In this document: in pieces, positions 38,051 through 46,220 of the stretch | How positions within the stretch are numbered: the stretch's first letter is position 1 | How the letters are laid out: every line of letters starts with the position of its first letter | Source: an uncultured delta proteobacterium | GTDB lineage: Bacteria > Desulfobacterota > Binatia > Binatales > Binataceae | Length of the DNA: 64,000 nt | NCBI GenBank assembly: GCA_963765675.1 | Contig: CAVXXK010000004.1 | Span: forward strand, 32,001 to 96,000 | Direction of reading: 5' to 3' | Notes under the pieces: generated by a model | Told to the model about the DNA's origin: nothing | Seen by the model: only the letters and a program-made list of their open reading frames with translations | Databases searched by the model: none | Translations under genes and position numbers: made by a program

Positions 38051-39343
38051 ATGAACACAGTAGCCGTAGTCGGCACGCAATGGGGCGACGAGGGCAAGGG
38101 CAAGATTATCGATCTGCTCGCCCGCGACGCCGATATCGTCGTCCGCTTCCAGGGCGGCAACAACGCGGCGCACACGATCGTCGTCGACGGCGAGAAGTTC
38201 ATCCTGCGCCTGGTGCCCGCGGGCGCGCTGCATCCGGGCAAGACCTGCGTGATCGGTAACGGCGCGGTGGTCGATCCGGTGGCGCTGCTCGGCGAGATCG
38301 ACGATCTGAAAAAACGCCGCGGCTTCGACGGCAAGAACCTGAAGCTCAGCTACGAAGCGCACATGGTGATGCCGTATCATCGCGCGATCGACCGCGCACG
38401 CGAGATCCGCGCCGGCAAACGCGCGATCGGCACCACAGGATTCGGCATCGGTCCGACCTACGAAGACAAGATGGCGCGCGTGGGGCTGCGCTTCGACGAT
38501 CTGCTCAACTTCAAGCTCTTCGCCGACCGCTTGCGCCGCAACGTCACCGAGAAGAACGCGTATCTGAAGGCGGTGCTGAAGGCCAAGCCCGTTAACGGCG
38601 CGCAGATTCTCGAAGTGATGAAGCGCGAGCGCCGCCGTCTGCTGCCCTATCTGTGCGACACCGGTGAGTACCTGGCATCGGCGATCTCGGCGGGCAAGCG
38701 CGTTCTGTTCGAAGGCGCGCACGGCACGATGCTCGATATCGATCATGGCACATACCCCTACGTGACCTCGTCGAACTGCGTTGCGAGCGGCGCATTCGCC
38801 GGCACGGGGCTCGGACCCGGCGCGCTCGACGCCGTGCTCGGAATCAGCAAGGGCTACACGACACGCGTCGGCGCGGGACCGTTCCCGACCGAGATTTCAG
38901 GCTACCTCGCCGACTCGCTGCGCGAAGAGGGCGGCGAATTCGGCAGCGCCACCGGCAGGCCGCGGCGCATCGGATGGTACGACGCGGTGCTCGGACGGCT
39001 CTCCGCCCGGGTCAACGGGCTGTGGGGATTGGCGGTCACCAAGCTCGACGTGCTGACGGGAATCGATCCGCTAAAAATCTGCGTCGGCTATACCTACAAG
39101 GGCAAGCGCTACGAGACGGTCCCGCTGGGACGGCATTCGATCGAAGTAGCGAAGCCGATCTTCGAAGAGCTCCCCGGATGGAACGAGCATATTGCCAGCG
39201 TGCGGCAACTCTCCGAGCTGCCGGCTACCACGCGGCGCTATATCGATCGAATTGCGGAGCTGGTTGGCGTGCAGATCGCGATGGTCGGAGTCGGCGCCGA
39301 TCGCGAAGCGACGATTGTGCTGAAGAATCCATTCACAGAATAA
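38051..39343 (+). CDS. purA: Adenylosuccinate synthetase
   Basis: QWGDEGKGK, GGNNAAHT, IGTTGFGIGP, LDIDHGTYPYVTSS, YTTRVGAGPFPTE and TKLDVL motifs. Confidence 0.97.
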   Translation: MNTVAVVGTQWGDEGKGKIIDLLARDADIVVRFQGGNNAAHTIVVDGEKFILRLVPAGALHPGKTCVIGNGAVVDPVALLGEIDDLKKRRGFDGKNLKLSYEAHMVMPYHRAIDRAREIRAGKRAIGTTGFGIGPTYEDKMARVGLRFDDLLNFKLFADRLRRNVTEKNAYLKAVLKAKPVNGAQILEVMKRERRRLLPYLCDTGEYLASAISAGKRVLFEGAHGTMLDIDHGTYPYVTSSNCVASGAFAGTGLGPGALDAVLGISKGYTTRVGAGPFPTEISGYLADSLREEGGEFGSATGRPRRIGWYDAVLGRLSARVNGLWGLAVTKLDVLTGIDPLKICVGYTYKGKRYETVPLGRHSIEVAKPIFEELPGWNEHIASVRQLSELPATTRRYIDRIAELVGVQIAMVGVGADREATIVLKNPFTE

Positions 39344-39383
39344 TCTTTCGCACTCTCGCTTCCGCCCCACCAATGTCTGTCGG

Positions 39384-40082
39384 TTAGGGCAAATCGAACA
39401 GCAGCACTTCCGATTGCTCGGATGCTGCGAGCTTAAGCGCCGATTCGTTTTCGATCGCCGCGCCGTCGCCCGCCGTGAGCGCCGCGTCATTTGCTTTGAT
39501 TGCGCCGCGCGCGACGTGGAGCCAACCCTTGCGCTTGCCGTCCAGCGGATGCGCGATCGGCTCGCCTGCGTTCAGAACTCCGTCATACAGCCGCGCGTCC
39601 TGATGAATCGTGACCGATCCGTCCGCGCCGTCGGGCGACGCGACGAGGCGCATCCTGCCGCGGCGCTCGGCTTCGGCGAAGTTGCGCTGCTCGTAGCCGG
39701 GAGCGAGACCGCGCCGATCGGGAAGCAACCACATTTGCAGAAGATGCACCGGCTCCGCCTTCGACGCGTTGAACTCGCTGTGCGTGACTCCCGTCCCTGC
39801 CGTCATGCGCTGCGCGTCGCCGGGACGGATGACGGAGCCGTTGCCCATGCTATCGCGATGCTCGAGCGCGCCGGACAGCACCCAGGTCACGATCTCCATG
39901 TTGTTGTGCGGATGAGTCGGGAAGCCGCCGCGCGCTGCAACGAGGTCGTCGTTGATCACGCGCAGCACGGAGAATCCCATCGCCGCCGGATCGTAATAAT
40001 CTCCGAACGAAAAGGTGTGCCAGCTATCGAGCCAGTCGAGCAGCGTATGGCCGCGGTTATTAGCTTTCCGAATGGTGAGCAT
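39384..40082 (-). CDS. Pirin-family protein (YhhW-like)
   Basis: HTFSF, LRVINDD, FPTHPH, HRDSMG and MTAGTGVTHSE motifs. Confidence 0.93.
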   Translation of the reverse strand: MLTIRKANNRGHTLLDWLDSWHTFSFGDYYDPAAMGFSVLRVINDDLVAARGGFPTHPHNNMEIVTWVLSGALEHRDSMGNGSVIRPGDAQRMTAGTGVTHSEFNASKAEPVHLLQMWLLPDRRGLAPGYEQRNFAEAERRGRMRLVASPDGADGSVTIHQDARLYDGVLNAGEPIAHPLDGKRKGWLHVARGAIKANDAALTAGDGAAIENESALKLAASEQSEVLLFDLP

Positions 40083-40088
40083 CGCGCC

Positions 40089-41279
40089 CTACCCCGCGCA
40101 TACCGCCGCGAGGCTTGAGATCGCAGTGCCGCGCCGCGCCTGGCGCACGTCGTTGCGATCGAAACCGTTGGTGCAGTATCCGATCGAAATTCCCGTCGCC
40201 GGATCAGCCCATCCGATTTGTCCGCCCGCGCCGCCGTGGCCGAATGCGAGCGCAGAGTTGGTCCTGCCGAAGCCGCGATAATTTGCGCGTCCGTCTCCGC
40301 CCGCGATCACCACTCCGAGCGCGCGATTTACCGGCACGCCGAAGATCGGATCCTTGTAGTCGCCCGAGCGCACGCGCAGCGCATCCTTCAGCGCTTCCGG
40401 CTTCCAGATGGGCGCGCCCTTGGTATCGCGATTATGCAACAGGCCCTGGTAGAAGAGCGCTAGATCGCCCGCCGTCATGATTCCGCCGCCGCCCGGCACG
40501 CCCGCCTCGCGGACATTGGCGCGGTTGAATCCAAGAATCGCCTCCTCGGTGACTTCCGTCTCTGGCATCTCCGGCAGTCCAAGCTTCTTGCGCTCCGCGT
40601 CGGTCATCGCTTCACCGACATAGCAAAGCTCGGCAACGCGGTTGTGGGATTCACGCGGCAGCCCGACACGCATCTCCGGTATTCCGAGCGGCAGCGCAAT
40701 CCGCTCGCGCACGAATTCGCGAAAGTCTTTGCCGGTACGCCGCTCGATTATTTCCGCGATCACCCAGAAACCGGAAGTCGGATGGTATTCGAACTTGCTG
40801 CCCACGGGCCATTCGAGCCGCCACTTCGCGAAACGCTCGACCCGCTTCTTGCGATCGAGCCATTCGTCCTGCGGATACGGAGCGTTCGGAAAGCCGCCGA
40901 CGTGGAGCAGCACCTGCTCGACGGTGATCGCTTCTTTGCCGTTGCTCGCGAACTCGGGGATGATCGCCGAAACGCGGTCTGCAGGATTCAGTTTGCCCTC
41001 GCCGATAAGAATCCATGCGGCGGCGGACATGATCGCCTTGGTGCAGGAGAAAATCGTGAAGAGCGTGTCGTTGGTAGCGGGCTTGTCCACTCCGCCCTGA
41101 ACCGCGTGCCCGAATGTGCGCATCGCGCCGATTTTTCCGTTGCGCGCGATCGCGATCTGTACGGAGGGCAGTAGCCCTTCCTTTATTTCGCGCTGTGCGC
41201 GCTCGAACAGAGCATCGACCTTCGCGTTATCGAGTCCCGCATCGCGCGGACTATCGGCAATCAGATTCTTGGACGGCAT
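40089..41279 (-). CDS. Serine hydrolase, class C beta-lactamase/esterase family
   Basis: FSCTK (SxxK), YHP and FGHGGAGGQIGWADP motifs. Confidence 0.88.
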   Translation of the reverse strand: MPSKNLIADSPRDAGLDNAKVDALFERAQREIKEGLLPSVQIAIARNGKIGAMRTFGHAVQGGVDKPATNDTLFTIFSCTKAIMSAAAWILIGEGKLNPADRVSAIIPEFASNGKEAITVEQVLLHVGGFPNAPYPQDEWLDRKKRVERFAKWRLEWPVGSKFEYHPTSGFWVIAEIIERRTGKDFREFVRERIALPLGIPEMRVGLPRESHNRVAELCYVGEAMTDAERKKLGLPEMPETEVTEEAILGFNRANVREAGVPGGGGIMTAGDLALFYQGLLHNRDTKGAPIWKPEALKDALRVRSGDYKDPIFGVPVNRALGVVIAGGDGRANYRGFGRTNSALAFGHGGAGGQIGWADPATGISIGYCTNGFDRNDVRQARRGTAISSLAAVCAG

Positions 41280-41355
41280 CGGCGGCATCTCCCGTATGTG
41301 GATTTACGCCGATCAATAACACATTCGCGGTCGCGCGCGTGAGCGCGTGGAGACC

Positions 41356-42393
41356 TTACGCGACGCGGCGCATGAGTTCGAGGATGTCGTAGCCTGTAAT
41401 GTCGCGGCTCTTGGCGGACCATTCGCGCAGCTCTGCGTCGCTCACCAGACCGGCTTGGGCGCCTTTTGCGAGATCCATCAGCGCGATCTTGATCGTTGCT
41501 TCGTCGATCATCTCGCCGGTTTTGGGATCCGCCATCGAGCCGCCACCCTTCTCGTGATAGAGCTTGATCACGCGGCGTGCATCCTCGACCTGCTCGGCAG
41601 TCGGCGTGAAGCAGGCATTGGCGATTTCGGCCTGCTGCGGATGAATCACCCACGTACCGTCCATCCCGAGGTTCGCCGCGCCCACGTTCTTCGCACGCAG
41701 CTCGTCCTTCAGTTGCGCGATACGCTCGGGTGCGTCGGTGTTCTTCCACAGGCGCAGAAAAACGTTGTCCACCGCGTGGAGACCGGCGGCCTTCGCGGCG
41801 ACCACAACCGCCTGCTTGGAATACAAAAAGTTGATGTTCTGATTCTCGACGATATCGCGAATTCCCAGGTTCGCCGCGAAATCCGCGATCCCGAAAACCA
41901 ACCCCGCCATCCGATCCGACGCCATCGCGATGTCGTAGGCGTGGACCAGCGCGTGCGGCGTTTCGATCAGTGACTCGATCTGCACGCGATACTTCCATCC
42001 GCCACGCTTTTCCAGATCGTCGAGCAGCTTCGCGACCTGCTTGATCTCCTCGGGGCCGCGGGTCTTGGGCAGCATGATGCCGTGGAAGCGGTTCGGAGCA
42101 CCGAGCATGATCGCTTCCATGTCCTCTTTGAAAAACTTCGAGTGGATATTGTTCGGGCGGACCGTCACCACCTTCTTTCCGAAATCGAGCGTGGTCAGCG
42201 CCTCGACCATTACGGCACGGCTCTTGGGCCCTTTGAACTCATAGGGGCAGGCGTCCTCGAAATCCGCCATCACATGATCGACCGGAGACTTAACCGGATC
42301 GGCCGCGTTCTGATGCAGCTTCATACTGTGGCCGGGATAGGTCATCTCGGTGCGCGGGATGACGAAACGGGTGCCGTTGTCCAATACGTACAT
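41356..42393 (-). CDS. mcl: CitE-family acyl-CoA lyase; probable malyl-CoA/beta-methylmalyl-CoA lyase
   Basis: DFEDA, VRPN, IMLPK, LIET, FGIADF and GTWVIHPQQ motifs; lies in an operon with Mcd-like and MaoC genes next to ccr. Specific function is inferred from context. Confidence 0.7.
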   Translation of the reverse strand: MYVLDNGTRFVIPRTEMTYPGHSMKLHQNAADPVKSPVDHVMADFEDACPYEFKGPKSRAVMVEALTTLDFGKKVVTVRPNNIHSKFFKEDMEAIMLGAPNRFHGIMLPKTRGPEEIKQVAKLLDDLEKRGGWKYRVQIESLIETPHALVHAYDIAMASDRMAGLVFGIADFAANLGIRDIVENQNINFLYSKQAVVVAAKAAGLHAVDNVFLRLWKNTDAPERIAQLKDELRAKNVGAANLGMDGTWVIHPQQAEIANACFTPTAEQVEDARRVIKLYHEKGGGSMADPKTGEMIDEATIKIALMDLAKGAQAGLVSDAELREWSAKSRDITGYDILELMRRVA

Positions 42394-42443
42394 GTAATTC
42401 CACTCCTGCGGGAAATCCGTGCGCGCGAATACTCAGTCGCGCT

Positions 42444-42929
42444 TCAGGCATTCTTTAGATAGTGCGACTTCTTTTTAACCAGTACCGTGCGATCGATCTC
42501 GACCACCACCGTGCCGTCAGGCTTGAAACCTTCGAGCTTGAACTTCACCAGCCCGGCATTGGGACGATCGGAGTCGCGTTTTTCGAGCACGGTCGAACGC
42601 GCGTAGATTGTGTCGCCGTGGAAAACAGGATTGGTATGCTTCCCGTTATCCATCTCAACTTCGGCGATCGCGTTCTCGCTGGTATCCTCAGACGCGAGCC
42701 CTACCGTGAATGCGAGCACGACGCCGCCGTACACTACGCGCCGCCCGTTGTAGAAGGTCTTCGGATCCTTGTCGACCATGTTCTGGTTGAAGTGCAGCTC
42801 GGCCGTGTTCATGACCATCGAGGTGAAAATATGATTGTCCGCCTCGGTGATAGTGCGGCCGCGCTGATGCTCCAGCGTGTCGCCCACGACGAAGTCTTCG
42901 TAGTAGCTATTGTCGCCGGTGATACTCAT
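42444..42929 (-). CDS. MaoC hot-dog dehydratase resembling the C-terminal half of mesaconyl-CoA hydratase
   Basis: YYEDFVVGD..EH..GRT, NTAELHFN, RRVVYGG and HTNPVFHGDT motifs. Confidence 0.8.
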   Translation of the reverse strand: MSITGDNSYYEDFVVGDTLEHQRGRTITEADNHIFTSMVMNTAELHFNQNMVDKDPKTFYNGRRVVYGGVVLAFTVGLASEDTSENAIAEVEMDNGKHTNPVFHGDTIYARSTVLEKRDSDRPNAGLVKFKLEGFKPDGTVVVEIDRTVLVKKKSHYLKNA

Positions 42930-42938
42930 TGCGATTAC

Positions 42939-44106
42939 CTAGTTCTGCTCCATGATACGCCGGCCGATGACCTCGTACTGGATTTCGCTGGTGCCCTCGA
43001 AGATCGACAGCACCCGCGCGTCGCGCCAGAAGCGCTGCGCCTCGAACTCCATCGAGTAGCCATAGCCGCCATGCACCTGCATCGCCTCGCGCGTCACGCG
43101 CTCGGCCATCTCGGCGGCAAATGCCTTGGCGAGGCCGGCCTCGTAATCGCATCGCTTCCCGGTATCTTTCTGCGACGCGGCGAAGTAGCAAAGCTGGCGA
43201 CCGGCTTCGATCTCGACCGCCATGTGCGCGAGCTTGTGCCGAATGACCTGGAAGTCTCCGATCGGCTGCCCGAACTGCGTGCGCTGCTTCGCGTATTTGA
43301 CCGCGGTCTCGAACGCGGCCTGCGCCACGCCGACGCCGCGCGCCGCGGTCTGGATCCGCGCAGCCTCGTAACTGGCCATCAGTTGATAGAATCCGCGCCC
43401 CTCCTGCCCGCCGATGAGATTTGCCGCCGGCGCGTATGCGTCATCGAACTGCAGCGCGTAGCGAGCGCATACCGTGGTAGCCGATCGTTGGAATCGGCGA
43501 GCCGGTTAGCTGCGGAGGCGCGAAGTTATCGCCCGGCTCCTTCTCGTAGAGGATCAGCGAGAGTCCCTTGTGACGCTTGGTCAGGTCAGGATCGGTGCGA
43601 GTCATTACGGTCAGCATGTGTGCGCGATTTGCGAACGTGCACCACATCTTCGAGCCTTTGATCAGATAGCCGTCGCCCTCTTTGACCGCGCGGGTTTTGA
43701 ACGACGCGGTGTCGCTACCCGAATCAGGCTCGGTGAAAGCGGCAGCCGTGAGAATTTCGCCGCGCGCAATTTTCGGCAGGAAGCGCTTTTTCTGATCGGG
43801 CGTGCCGTTGGCGCTGATCAGCGTGCCGGTGATGATGTTGCGAGTCATCACCGAGCCGACCGAAAGCCATCCGCGCGAGAGTTCCTCGGTGACTATCGCC
43901 ATCGAGATGTAATCGAGTCCGAGTCCGCCGTCGTCGACCGGAAAAATGACGCCGAAGTAGCCGAGCTCGGCCATCTTCTTCAGGATGTGCTCGGGGATTT
44001 CCTTGTTCTCGCGATCGAGGTCGTTCGCGATCGGCTTGACCTCGGCATCGACGAATTCGCGCACCGAGCGGCGAATCTCTTCATGTTCGGGCGTAACCAG
44101 CGCCAT
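42939..44106 (-). CDS. mcd: Acyl-CoA dehydrogenase, probable (2S)-methylsuccinyl-CoA dehydrogenase; one extra base near 43461
   Basis: Removing one base joins ORFs 43441..44106 and 42939..43379 into 388 aa: FTEPDSGSD...IGYHGMRSYALQFDD...GFYQLMASYEAARIQTAARGVGVAQAA...ARVLSIFEG, an Mcd-like signature. Confidence 0.7.
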
Positions 44107-44115
44107 CGTTGTAAC

Positions 44116-44589
44116 CTACTCTGCCTTGACGTTGCGCTTGCGAATCAAAACCGGACGCTCGTACTCGAGCACCTTTTCGCCGCGCTGGTTGTATCCTGTG
44201 GTGCGAAACTTCACGATTCCGCGATCGGGACGCGAGCTGTCGCGCTTGGAGACCACCAGCGACTCCGAGGTGAGAGTATCACCCGGATAGACCGTCGCGA
44301 GATACTTCATCCCTTCGTAGCCGAGATGCGCGATCGCGCGTTCGCTCAGGTCCTCGACCGAGAGTCCGAACACGACGTTCATCACCAGCAGATGATTTAC
44401 GACCACGCCCTTGTAGCCCAGGGACTTGGCATACTCGGCGTTGAAGTAGATAGGGTTGGCATTCATCGTGACCGACGAAAAGAAAGAATTGTCGCCGTCT
44501 GTGATCGTGCGGCCCCAATGATGCTTGTACAGATGACCGACTTCGAAATCCTCGAAGTAGTGTCCGTGCTCGATTTTGCGCACCGCCAT
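44116..44589 (-). CDS. MaoC hot-dog dehydratase resembling the N-terminal half of mesaconyl-CoA hydratase
   Basis: GHYFEDF, GRTIT, AIAHLGY, VYPGDTL, GIV..RTTGYNQ and VLIRKR motifs. Confidence 0.8.
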   Translation of the reverse strand: MAVRKIEHGHYFEDFEVGHLYKHHWGRTITDGDNSFFSSVTMNANPIYFNAEYAKSLGYKGVVVNHLLVMNVVFGLSVEDLSERAIAHLGYEGMKYLATVYPGDTLTSESLVVSKRDSSRPDRGIVKFRTTGYNQRGEKVLEYERPVLIRKRNVKAE

Positions 44590-44769
44590 ATGGGTCTGGC
44601 TTTTGGCTCCCTCAAATTCTGTCGTACGCTATATTTTCCGCGCGCGCGGGCCTGTATGCGGATGGCCACGCCGGGCTTTGACCTGCCTGACCGAGCGTGG
44701 CGCGTTGGTTTTTTTTATGGAATTGCGCCCTACGCGTCAACCGATATGATCGAGGCTGGGCGCACCCCC

Positions 44770-44786
44770 GCCTAACGAGTGTACGG
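44770..44786. promoter_or_regulatory. Operator candidate in the ccr/MaoC divergent region
   Basis: GCCTAACGAGTGTACGG, 15/17 identical to 30039-30055. Confidence 0.4.
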
Positions 44787-44915
44787 CTACCGGTTGTCAA
44801 AGGCGCGCCAAACATATACGTATTCTGTTCGCCCCCATGACTTCGGATCTCCTTCTGGGGTTGGACTCGCAAACCGAAAGGACGGGCCGACACGCAGACG
44901 GTAAACTTAAGGGAT

Positions 44916-46169
44916 ATGAGCCACAAGGAAATTTACGAAATCGGCGAAGTGCCACCGCTCGGACACATTCCGTCGCACATGTACGCGCAGGTGATTCGCG
45001 CGGATCGCTTCGGGCATCCGAAGCACGCGTTCAAGATCGAAAAAATCGCGGTGCCCGAGCTGCGCCCCGACGAGGTGCTGGTCTACGTGATGGCGGCCGG
45101 CATCAATCGCAATAACGTGTGGGCCGCGCTGGGCAGCCCGATCGACGTGATCGCGGCGCGCAACAAATCCAAGTACGACCATCACGATTTCCATGTCGGC
45201 GGCAGCGACGCCTCGGGAATCGTGTACGCACTCGGCAAGGACGTTAAGAGCGTCAAGCTCGGCGACCGCGTAGTGATTCATTGCGGCACCTGGGATCGCG
45301 ATTGCCCCGCGGTGCGCAACAACGAAGATCCGATGTACGATCCGTCGTACAAAATCTGGGGCTACGAAACCAACTTCGGCAGCTTCGCGCAGTTCACGCG
45401 CGTGCAGGCGCATCAGTGCATGCTCAAGGCGCCTCACCTGACGTGGGAGGAAGCCGCGGCGCCGACGCTGGTCGGCGCGACGACCTACCGCATGCTGATG
45501 GGATGGCAGCCCAACGTCGTGCACAAAAACGACGTCGTGCTGATCTGGGGCGCGTCGGGCGGCCTTGGCTCAATGGCGATACAGATCGTCAAGGCCGAGG
45601 GCGGCATCCCGGTCGGCGTCGTCGGCAGCGACAAGAAGTTCGACTTTTGCATGAAGCTCGGCGCCAAGGGATGCATCAACCGCAAAAAGTTTTCCCATTG
45701 GGGCATGATGCCGCATTGGACCGACACCGCCGCGTACAACAAATGGGCCTCCGAGTGCCGCAGCTTCGGCAAGGCGATTTGGGATATCGTCGGCGAGCGC
45801 AGAAATCCGAAAATCGTCTTCGAGCATCCGGGTGAAGACACGGTCCCGACCTCGATCTTCGTCTGCGACACCGGCGGGATGGTGGTAATTTGCGCGGGCA
45901 CGACCGGCTACAACGCGGTCGCCGATTTGCGCTACCTCTGGATGCGCCAGAAGCGGCTCCAGGGATCGCATTTCGCCAACGACGAGCAGTCGTACGCGTT
46001 CAATCAGCTCGTGATCGATCGCAAGATCGATCCGTGCCTCGCCCAGACTTTCAAGTTCGAAGATATCGGCCATAGCCATCAGTTGATGCACGAGAATGAG
46101 GCGCCCGAGGGCAACATGGCCGCGCTGGTCGGCGCTCCGCGCACGGGCTTGAAGGATCTCGATCTCTAG
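44916..46169 (+). CDS. ccr: Crotonyl-CoA carboxylase/reductase
   Basis: [71 protein letters not shown] and [15 protein letters not shown] motifs. The Asn, aromatic-Glu and His CO2-site pattern is retained. Confidence 0.93.
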   Translation: MSHKEIYEIGEVPPLGHIPSHMYAQVIRADRFGHPKHAFKIEKIAVPELRPDEVLVYVMAAGINRNNVWAALGSPIDVIAARNKSKYDHHDFHVGGSDASGIVYALGKDVKSVKLGDRVVIHCGTWDRDCPAVRNNEDPMYDPSYKIWGYETNFGSFAQFTRVQAHQCMLKAPHLTWEEAAAPTLVGATTYRMLMGWQPNVVHKNDVVLIWGASGGLGSMAIQIVKAEGGIPVGVVGSDKKFDFCMKLGAKGCINRKKFSHWGMMPHWTDTAAYNKWASECRSFGKAIWDIVGERRNPKIVFEHPGEDTVPTSIFVCDTGGMVVICAGTTGYNAVADLRYLWMRQKRLQGSHFANDEQSYAFNQLVIDRKIDPCLAQTFKFEDIGHSHQLMHENEAPEGNMAALVGAPRTGLKDLDL

Positions 46170-46220
46170 CAGCGCCCCGATGTTCGCGCGGTGCGTCGTC
46201 GCGATAGACTTAAGACCGCG

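Noticed and set aside
44866-44895. GCAAACCGAAAGGACG resembling a c-di-GMP-I riboswitch upstream of ccr
   Set aside because: The stem is too short, and the GCAAAG segment and second hairpin are absent.
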